Of a stretch of 32,000 bases of DNA, positions 25,941 to 31,986 are shown in pieces. Numbering within the stretch: the stretch's first letter is position 1; every line of letters starts with the position of its first letter. The notes under the pieces are model-generated. The model was not told where the DNA came from. It saw nothing but the letters and a program-made list of their open reading frames with translations, and made no database searches. Position numbers and translations under genes: made by a program. The stretch is from Clostridia bacterium. GTDB taxonomy: Bacteria > Bacillota > Clostridia > Lachnospirales > CAG-274. The DNA lies in contig JAUNGN010000017.1 of the NCBI GenBank assembly GCA_030524425.1, positions 19,689 through 51,688 on the forward strand, read 5' to 3'.

Positions 25941-26129
25941 ATGAAGAAATGGTTTAAAGCGGCAGGAGTAAGAGCGGTAAAAACAATGGCGCAGACAGCA
26001 GTTGCTATGATTGGCACATCAGTTGCATTAAATGATGTAAATTGGACTATGACAGCATCTGCAACGGTACTAGCGGGAGTTTTGTCAATGCTTACATCTG
26101 TTGCGGGACTGCCTGAGTTAAAGGAGTGA
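25941..26129 (+). CDS. Holin
   Basis: A 62-aa protein with two hydrophobic segments. The pattern RAVKTMAQTAVAMIG is typical of small Firmicute phage holins. It overlaps the endolysin gene. Confidence 0.8.
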   Translation: MKKWFKAAGVRAVKTMAQTAVAMIGTSVALNDVNWTMTASATVLAGVLSMLTSVAGLPELKE

Positions 26130-26134
26130 TTTAT

Positions 26135-26977
26135 ATGAACATAATAGATGATTATTTGCCCGTCAATAAATATTCCCGTCCCGGTACGAAAATTAAGCCG
26201 ACAAAAATAGCCGTTCATTATGTAGGCAATGCAGGCAGCTCAGCAAAGGGTAACAGAAATTATTTTGCAAGTGGGAAGGTTTATGCCAGCTCACATTACA
26301 TAATCGGATTAAACGGAGAAATACTTAGATTAATTCCAGAGGATGAAATAAGTTATTGTACCAATCAGGCAAACAGCTATACAATATCTATTGAGTGTTG
26401 TCATCCGGATAACTCAGGTAAATTTAATACTGCAACTTTAAATTCCCTTATTGAATTGTGCACAGATATTTGTAAGCGCAGGAATTTCAGCCCTCTTAAG
26501 GATATTATAAGACATTACGATGTAACACAAAAAGCTTGCCCTTTATGGTGGGCTCCTAATGGACCTAATAAGAATGCAAATTCTGATTTTAATGCTTTTA
26601 AATCAGCTGTGGCTGAATTTATGGAATCCGGTAATAAAATAGTTAAGGCGGACATAGAAGTGATTACAGAGACAAATATAAAGATAAATGGCAAGGTCAT
26701 CAAAATAAACAGAATACTTAAAGATGATAAAAATTATATTGACCTCAGAGGTCTTGAGGCTGCTGGTTTCAAGGTTGGCTTCGATACAAATACAAAACTA
26801 TTGATTTTAAATAATAAAGTCTCAGAATTACCAATTAATGTTGACGGTAAGGAAACAAGTGTTGAGGCAATAAATATTGAGGGTAATAATTATGTGCCTA
26901 TCAGGAGTATTGCCTCTGCAACTGAGACTTTTGATGTGGGTTACATCAACGGTGATGTTGTTATTAATAAGAAATAA
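26135..26977 (+). CDS. Endolysin: N-acetylmuramoyl-L-alanine amidase (Amidase_2/PGRP) with a C-terminal copper-amine-oxidase-N-like wall-binding domain
   Basis: Amidase motifs: IAVHYVGNAG, SSHYIIG, SISIECCHPD, HYDVTQKACP. The C-terminal pattern IKINGKVI…NYIDLRGL…EGNNYVPIRSIA is also present. ATG 26135 lies 8 nt after AAGGAG. Confidence 0.92.
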   Translation: MNIIDDYLPVNKYSRPGTKIKPTKIAVHYVGNAGSSAKGNRNYFASGKVYASSHYIIGLNGEILRLIPEDEISYCTNQANSYTISIECCHPDNSGKFNTATLNSLIELCTDICKRRNFSPLKDIIRHYDVTQKACPLWWAPNGPNKNANSDFNAFKSAVAEFMESGNKIVKADIEVITETNIKINGKVIKINRILKDDKNYIDLRGLEAAGFKVGFDTNTKLLILNNKVSELPINVDGKETSVEAINIEGNNYVPIRSIASATETFDVGYINGDVVINKK

Positions 26978-26982
26978 TTTTT

Positions 26983-27010
26983 GAGGCGCTTCGGCGCCTC
27001 TTTTTTATTT
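26983..27010 (+). terminator. Strong rho-independent terminator ending the late operon
   Basis: GAGGCGC-ttcg-GCGCCTC followed by TTTTTTATTTT. Confidence 0.9.
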
Positions 27011-27037
27011 TGCTTGGTATTAAGCAATTATGCTTGC

Positions 27038-27116
27038 AAACTGCACAGAAATTGATTATAAACTCTGTGTGGAATATCAGTATACAAATTTAAGCGGCCA
27101 CGCTATAATTATTAAT
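27038..27116 (+). promoter_or_regulatory. Early promoter/operator repeat, copy A (diverged; closest to copy D)
   Basis: Perfect TATAAT at 27104-27109 and TATACA 17 bp upstream. The TTGCTT-N6-AAGCAA palindrome lies at 27010-27027, just upstream of this interval. The copy aligns with copy D (TGCACAG…AAACTCTGT…TTTAAGC…CACGCTATAAT). Confidence 0.65.
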
Positions 27117-27135
27117 GTAAATTATTTTAAGGGAG

Positions 27136-27330
27136 GTGGTAAACTTGGGCTTAAGGGAAAAACGACTTGAGAAGGGCTGGACACTTAAAGAACTTTCGGA
27201 GAGGTCTGGCGTACATTTAGTTAAAATTCAACAGATAGAAAGCGGAAAAATCAAAGCTGAGAATATGTCACTCAGAAATGCTGAAAAGCTTGCCAAAGCT
27301 TTAGGATGTCCGACTAGTGACCTTCTGTAA
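27136..27330 (+). CDS. XRE-family helix-turn-helix transcriptional regulator
   Basis: WTLKELSERSGVHLVKIQQIESGK is the classic HTH_3 motif. The true start may be TTG 27145, 8 nt after GGGAGG. Confidence 0.85.
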   Translation: MVNLGLREKRLEKGWTLKELSERSGVHLVKIQQIESGKIKAENMSLRNAEKLAKALGCPTSDLL

Positions 27331-27416
27331 AAATTGCATAGCAAAATTGCTTAAATTCCGTGTAAAACGTCGGCATACAAATGCCGAAAAACACGACATA
27401 ATAATATATGTAAGGT
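27331..27416 (+). promoter_or_regulatory. Early promoter/operator repeat, copy B
   Basis: Near-identical to copies E, F and G. It has TTGC-ata-GCAA-aa-TTGC, a CGGCAT-acaa-ATGCCG hairpin, CATAAT at 27397-27402, and GTAAG 8 nt downstream. Confidence 0.7.
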
Positions 27417-27476
27417 GCAAGTGAGTAATCGTTACAATTTCAGGCTGCTCACTTGATATGAAAGGAAGTGAGGACT

Positions 27477-27623
27477 ATGAAATTGCCAAATGCAACAGAA
27501 ATGATTGAAAAGCTTGCTAAAGAAAGTGCTATTAAGGATATTTACATAATGGCTCTCGAAGCAAAGCAAAATGGCCAAAGCTTTGATGATTTTATCAAAG
27601 AGCTTGAAGCCTTAAAGAAGTAA
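27477..27623 (+). CDS. Small protein (48 aa), paralogue of 31234-31386; below the ORF-track length cutoff
   Basis: It has a GGAAGTGAGGA RBS. It shares the blocks …AK…K(D/E)IYI.ALEA…G…(D/E)F(I/V)KELEAL with the other copy. Confidence 0.6.
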   Translation: MKLPNATEMIEKLAKESAIKDIYIMALEAKQNGQSFDDFIKELEALKK

Positions 27624-27669
27624 AAAAAGATAGCCGAGCTAGTGAAGTTCTTGTCGGCTATCTAAAACC

Positions 27670-27727
27670 AAAAAGCGAGCTCTGAGAGCGCAAACCTTAC
27701 TGCCCCTCAGTGTTCGCTTTTTATTAT
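27670..27727 (+). terminator. Extended hairpin plus U-tract; probable terminator of cassette 2
   Basis: An outer stem AAAAAGCGA/TCGCTTTTT and an inner stem CTGAG/CTCAG are followed by TTTTTATTAT. Confidence 0.5.
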
Positions 27728-27784
27728 ACCTCAAAATTGCCAATTTGTAAACTCTAATTTGAAATGTTTTATTGTAAGCCCTGC

Positions 27785-27864
27785 TCAGCAAAATTGCTTA
27801 AATTTCGTGTAAAACGTCGGCATACAGACGCTGAAAAACACGGCATAATAATGTATGTAAGGGC
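27785..27864 (+). promoter_or_regulatory. Early promoter/operator repeat, copy C (5'-truncated)
   Basis: AGCAAAATTGCTTAAATTTCGTGTAAAACGTCGGCATACAGACGCTGAAAAACACGGCATAATAATGTATGTAAG. Confidence 0.65.
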
Positions 27865-27891
27865 GAGTAAACATAAAGGAGATTTATACTA

Positions 27892-28170
27892 ATGAAATTT
27901 AAAATTTATGAACAACAAATATTTAATAACTCAAAAACATACTTATTAGCTGATTTTGGTTTTACATCAAATGATGAAAAAGCAAAACAAATATTTATAT
28001 CAACCATAAAATCTCAAAAAAATTTAATTGACTATATAAATACAAGAAAACTTAAAGAAAATATTGATATTACTTATATACTTTATAACTGTGATACAAA
28101 CAATATCATTTTAAAATTAATACCTACTTCTAATAATCTTATTAACTCTAAAACTGGTGAACTTATTTAA
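27892..28170 (+). CDS. Hypothetical protein (92 aa), extremely AT-rich
   Basis: It has an AAAGGAG RBS. By eye the G+C content is roughly one-fifth, well below the rest of the window. No family recognised. Confidence 0.55.
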   Translation: MKFKIYEQQIFNNSKTYLLADFGFTSNDEKAKQIFISTIKSQKNLIDYINTRKLKENIDITYILYNCDTNNIILKLIPTSNNLINSKTGELI

Positions 28171-28222
28171 TTATTACTCTTGCCCTTACTTATTCTAAAT
28201 TTAAAAAAGCTTAAGTCGTAAG

Positions 28223-28300
28223 AATTGCACAGCAAAGTTGCTAAAACTCTGTATGAAACGTCAGCATACGAGTTTAAGCAAACACGCTATAATAAATATA
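28223..28300 (+). promoter_or_regulatory. Early promoter/operator repeat, copy D (diverged)
   Basis: TTGC-aca-GCAA-ag-TTGC and a perfect TATAAT at 28288-28293. Confidence 0.65.
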
Positions 28301-28337
28301 TCAAATGAAACAAAACAACTTTTTACGGAGGTACATT

Positions 28338-29129
28338 ATGAAAAACTTAAATGAAATGACAGCTAAGGAGCTTAAGGAAATGGCTAAAGAGCTTAAGGTT
28401 GCAAACTGGTGGAATTTAAAGAAGTCTGAACTTATTTCTGGCATTGAGATGGCTTCCAATTCAGAAACCAATTCTGATAAAACTGACGAGAGTGAAGAAT
28501 TTGAGACTAATATTATAGAAGAAACAGTAAACGAGCCTATGAAGATGAGCGATACAATCACTATTTTAGAGGATATGTTTGACAAGCTTAACGCAATTTA
28601 TTTTGAAGATGCATTGCCTAAGCCTGTTATTACTGTGCAGTCTACACCTAAGGCATACGGTCATTGCTCAACTAAAAAAATTTGGAAGGCTGGTGACAAC
28701 GAGGCTATGTATGAGATTAACCTTGGTGCTGAGTTTATAAACAGACCTATTCAGGAAACTGCAGCAACCCTTACTCACGAGATGATACATCTTTATTGTA
28801 TTGTTAATGAGATTGCAGACACCTGCCAAAATGGCAGATACCACAATAAGACATTTAAGCTTGAGGCTGAAGCAAGAGACCTTGAGGCTGGGTATGACCG
28901 TGCAAATGGCTATACACATACAGCCCCAACTGAAACCTTTGTTAATAAGATTACTGAGGCTGGTATTAATATGACAATCAGATTTGCGCGCATTCTTAAA
29001 GCTCCTATAAAAAGAGAAAGAAACAAGCAATATAAATATGTTTGTCCTGTTTGCGGTCAGTATGTTAAGTCAGCATCTGAATTGCATATTAAATGCGCTA
29101 ATTGCGATGCGGAAATGATACGCAAATAA
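28338..29129 (+). CDS. SprT-like zinc metalloprotease with an N-terminal SAP/Rho-N-like motif and a C-terminal zinc ribbon
   Basis: LTHEMIHLYC is the HExxH motif and NGRYHNKTFKLEAE follows it. The N-terminus is AKELKEMAKELKVANWWNLKKSELISGIE. The C-terminus has CPVCG…CANCD. ATG 28338 follows GGAGG. Confidence 0.8.
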   Translation: MKNLNEMTAKELKEMAKELKVANWWNLKKSELISGIEMASNSETNSDKTDESEEFETNIIEETVNEPMKMSDTITILEDMFDKLNAIYFEDALPKPVITVQSTPKAYGHCSTKKIWKAGDNEAMYEINLGAEFINRPIQETAATLTHEMIHLYCIVNEIADTCQNGRYHNKTFKLEAEARDLEAGYDRANGYTHTAPTETFVNKITEAGINMTIRFARILKAPIKRERNKQYKYVCPVCGQYVKSASELHIKCANCDAEMIRK

Positions 29130-29130
29130 C

Positions 29131-29412
29131 TGAAGCACTTTGGGTAGCAGTTTAATTTTAATCTGCTGAACTGCTACCAAGCCAATCAGCAGTTACAGCA
29201 GTTTAAAACAAACTGCTTCAACAACTGCTTCAGCCGAAAGCCTTTTGTTTCCTAAGCAAATTAAGCTTTACAGCAGTTACAGCAGTTTTTTATCTATATA
29301 CTTTAAAAAGTAAGATTAAAGAGTAAATGCTTAATTTTACATTCTTTAATTGCTATTTTAAAAGTTTATAGGATTTTACTGCTGAACTGCTGAAACTGCT
29401 ACCAATATAAAA
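29131..29412. repeat. Iteron-rich block, copy 2 (281 bp)
   Basis: Same sequence as 159-431, with an extra GCTGAAACT-type 9-bp unit at ~29389-29397. It starts 1 nt after the SprT stop and ends at the RBS of the 29427 gene. Confidence 0.9.
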
Positions 29413-29426
29413 TGGGAGGTGAAATT

Positions 29427-29612
29427 ATGACGGATAAAATCAAAGAGCAAATTATTGCAATTAGAGAAAGTGGCTTGACAAATATGTTTGATATAAGGGA
29501 AGTTAAGAGGCTTGCAAAAGAAAGAAGATTTTTTGAGCTTATAGATTATATAGAAGATTATCAGGACCGATATGTTGCCTTTATATTCAATAGTAATAAG
29601 AATAAACCGTAA
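29427..29612 (+). CDS. Small DUF5049-like protein (61 aa)
   Basis: It has a GGGAGGTG RBS. The pattern IIAIRESGLTNMFDIREVKRLAKERRFFELIDYIE matches what I recall of the DUF5049 phage family. Confidence 0.6.
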   Translation: MTDKIKEQIIAIRESGLTNMFDIREVKRLAKERRFFELIDYIEDYQDRYVAFIFNSNKNKP

Positions 29613-29698
29613 AAATTGCATAGCAAAATTGCTTAAATTCCGTGTAAAACGTCGGCATACAAATGCCGAAAAACACGGCATAATAATATATGTAAGAT
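29612..29698 (+). promoter_or_regulatory. Early promoter/operator repeat, copy E
   Basis: Near-identical to copies B, F and G. It begins at the last base of the stop codon (29610-29612) of the preceding gene. Confidence 0.7.
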
Positions 29699-29735
29699 AC
29701 AAAAAAACACATACATTATTATGGAGGTAATTCAA

Positions 29736-30611
29736 ATGAAAAATCAGACTTTTGGAATTGAAATTGAGACAAGCGGTATTACAAGACAGAGAGCGGCTGA
29801 GCTTATTGCTAATTACTTTGGAACTGAAGCAAGCCATTATGGTGGAAGTTATGACAAGTATATAGCAAGAGATAATAAAGGACGTTACTGGGCTTGTGTA
29901 TTCGACTCATCAATTATTGCACAGTCACGTGCAACAAAATGCGAGGTCGTAAGCCCTATTCTTACTTATGATGATATTTCAGACCTTCAGGAGATAGTAA
30001 GAATATTAAGAAAAAATGGGGCTAAGTCAAGCCCAAGCAGGCAGTGTGGCATACATATTCATATTGGTCTTGGTAATCACAATATTAAGACTCTTAAAAA
30101 CTTAGTAAACTATATGAGTTCATATCAGGACCTTATTTACAAAGCTCTCAAAATTACAGATGAACGTCAAAGATGGTGCCAGAAACTAGAGTCTGTTTTG
30201 GTTGATAAGTTCAATGAAAGAGGTCTTGATACTTTTGAAAAGGGTGAAAGTGCTTGGTATGGCAAGGGCTGTGAGAGCGGTAAATACCAACACTACAACC
30301 CAACTCGATACCACGGTTTAAATCTTCATAGCGTATTTTCAAAGGGTACTATAGAATTTAGATTATTCAATGGTACACTTCATGCGGGCGAAATTAGAAG
30401 CTATGTTTGCTTTTGCTTGGCAATGAGTAATTTTGCTTTAGAAAAAAGGTCAATAAGGAGAGCCCATAAAAATCAATTCAATGATAAGTATACTATGTAT
30501 GAGATGCTTTGCAGAATAGGTATTAAGGGAGAGGAATTTAAGGTTGTAAGGGACCATCTTACTAAACATCTTTCAGGAAGCCTTACTCATGAAGGTAGAT
30601 ACATAATATAG
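29736..30611 (+). CDS. Amidoligase_2-family COOH-NH2 ligase (glutamine-synthetase/GCS2-like fold)
   Basis: Four blocks are characteristic of the 'putative amidoligase enzyme' family: FGIEIETSG, CGIHIHIGLG, RYHGLNLH and TIEFRLFNGTLH. ATG 29736 follows GGAGG. Confidence 0.85.
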   Translation: MKNQTFGIEIETSGITRQRAAELIANYFGTEASHYGGSYDKYIARDNKGRYWACVFDSSIIAQSRATKCEVVSPILTYDDISDLQEIVRILRKNGAKSSPSRQCGIHIHIGLGNHNIKTLKNLVNYMSSYQDLIYKALKITDERQRWCQKLESVLVDKFNERGLDTFEKGESAWYGKGCESGKYQHYNPTRYHGLNLHSVFSKGTIEFRLFNGTLHAGEIRSYVCFCLAMSNFALEKRSIRRAHKNQFNDKYTMYEMLCRIGIKGEEFKVVRDHLTKHLSGSLTHEGRYII

Positions 30612-30663
30612 AGTTAATGAGAGCTTGCAGTTTTGCAAGCTCTCAAAAAAAGAGGTGTAAGTT

Positions 30664-31110
30664 ATGAAATTATATATTGCTTATGGCAGTAACTTAAATT
30701 TAGGACAAATGGAACGCAGATGCCCCGGCGCAAAAGTTTTATATAAAGGAATTGTTAAAGATTACTCACTTGTATATCGTGGCTCAAAAACCGGCGCTTA
30801 TGCTACTATCGTTCCCCAAAAAGGTGATTTTGTTCCTGTCGCAGTGTGGGAAATAAATTCTGTACACGAGCGCAGACTTGACATCTATGAAGGCTATCCC
30901 AACTTTTATTATAAAAAAGAACTACCGGTTATATTAGATGATAATAGCCGGATTTGGGGAATGGCTTATATTATGTTTGATGGCGCAAAAACTGGGCGAC
31001 CGTCAGAGGAATATCTAAGGACTTGTTTGAGAGGCTACCTTGATAACGGACTTAATATAAACAAATTTGAAAACTCAATTAAGAATAATGAGAAAGAGCT
31101 GTTGCGGTAA
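30664..31110 (+). CDS. Gamma-glutamyl cyclotransferase-like protein (GGCT/AIG2 fold)
   Basis: It has the N-terminal YGSNLN motif, a catalytic-Glu context DIYEGYP, and a size of ~150 aa. Confidence 0.85.
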   Translation: MKLYIAYGSNLNLGQMERRCPGAKVLYKGIVKDYSLVYRGSKTGAYATIVPQKGDFVPVAVWEINSVHERRLDIYEGYPNFYYKKELPVILDDNSRIWGMAYIMFDGAKTGRPSEEYLRTCLRGYLDNGLNINKFENSIKNNEKELLR

Positions 31111-31196
31111 AAATTGCATAGCAAAATTGCTTAAATTCCGTGTAAAACGTCAGCATACAAATGCAGAAAAACACGGCATAATAATATATGTAAGAC
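31111..31196 (+). promoter_or_regulatory. Early promoter/operator repeat, copy F
   Basis: Near-identical to copies B, E and G. It begins immediately after the GGCT stop codon (31108-31110). Confidence 0.7.
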
Positions 31197-31233
31197 ACAA
31201 GTAAACAACTTGTTTTGAAAGGAAGTGAGGATG

Positions 31234-31386
31234 ATGAAAGAAATGACGCCAACAGAAATTGCTGTTGAGTATGCCAAGGCTGATTTGAAAAAAGAGATTT
31301 ACATAAAAGCTCTTGAGGCTCAAAAAGCCGGCAAAACTCTTCAAGAGTTTGTTAAAGAGCTTGAAGCCTTGGCAACCAGCAAATAA
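31234..31386 (+). CDS. Small protein (50 aa), paralogue of 27477-27623
   Basis: It has the same RBS context (GGAAGTGAGGATG-ATG) and a conserved EIYIKALEA…EFVKELEAL core. It is not in the ORF track because it is too short. Confidence 0.6.
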   Translation: MKEMTPTEIAVEYAKADLKKEIYIKALEAQKAGKTLQEFVKELEALATSK

Positions 31387-31590
31387 AAATAAGATAGCTG
31401 CTCTTGATTACCCAGTCAACCAGCTATCTTAAAGAAACCACACAGCCTTGAGAATGCGAGTCTTACCGTTTCTCTTGGTTGTATGGATTCATTATAACGT
31501 AAAACAATGAAAATGTAAATAGTTTTTTAGGAAGAAAAAATGAAAACAAAAAAAGGAGAGTATTGCATTCGGAGATGATAAGAGCTTGTA

Positions 31591-31677
31591 AGAACTGCAT
31601 AGCAAAATTGCTTAAATTCCGTGTAAAACGTCGGCATACAAATGCAGAAAAACACGGCATAATAATATATGTAAGAT
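31591..31677 (+). promoter_or_regulatory. Early promoter/operator repeat, copy G
   Basis: Near-identical to copies B, E and F. Confidence 0.7.
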
Positions 31678-31710
31678 ACAAAAACACATATTATTAAGGA
31701 GGTACATAAG

Positions 31711-31986
31711 ATGAAAGTTTGGTTTGGCGGTGAATTTAAAAATATTGAAATTGGACAAAAGGTCTTTGTAGGTCATGCAGGTTCTGGACATAGCTGTTTT
31801 GGTGAATACGGAAAGCTTGAGCGCACAACTGTTAAACACCTTGTATTTAGAACTGAGTCCGGTGCAATAATTAAAACGGCAATTGGTAACCTTCATCAGG
31901 TTGTTGGCAAAGCTGGCAAGCAGGGTAATTTTGTAAGCTTATTAATTGAGAGAGAATTTATATATAGCCCGTTGAAGATTTATTAA
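31711..31986 (+). CDS. Hypothetical protein (91 aa)
   Basis: It has an AAGGAGG RBS and follows promoter repeat G. No family recognised. Confidence 0.55.
   Translation: MKVWFGGEFKNIEIGQKVFVGHAGSGHSCFGEYGKLERTTVKHLVFRTESGAIIKTAIGNLHQVVGKAGKQGNFVSLLIEREFIYSPLKIY

Noticed and set aside
159-29412. The 272-bp duplication as a terminal redundancy, circular-permutation wrap-around or att-site pair.
   Set aside because: The sequences on both sides of the two copies are unrelated, so the window does not re-enter itself. The repeat is much longer than typical att cores, and no integrase is adjacent.
27038-31677. Possible CRISPR array, because a conserved ~85-bp unit recurs seven times.
   Set aside because: The repeats are far longer than CRISPR repeats. 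The spacing is irregular (0.3-1.5 kb), and the intervals contain RBS-led protein genes. Each unit also contains promoter-like hexamers.
29376-31896. Minus-strand track ORFs 29376-29837, 31150-31344, 31463-31687 and 31612-31896. They share peptides such as YLTYIIMPCFSAFVCRRFTRNLSNFAMQFL, which looks like a repeated protein family.
   Set aside because: The shared peptide is simply the antisense translation of the ~85-bp promoter repeat. These ORFs lack RBSs and overlap well-supported plus-strand genes (amidoligase, DUF5049-like, 31711 ORF).
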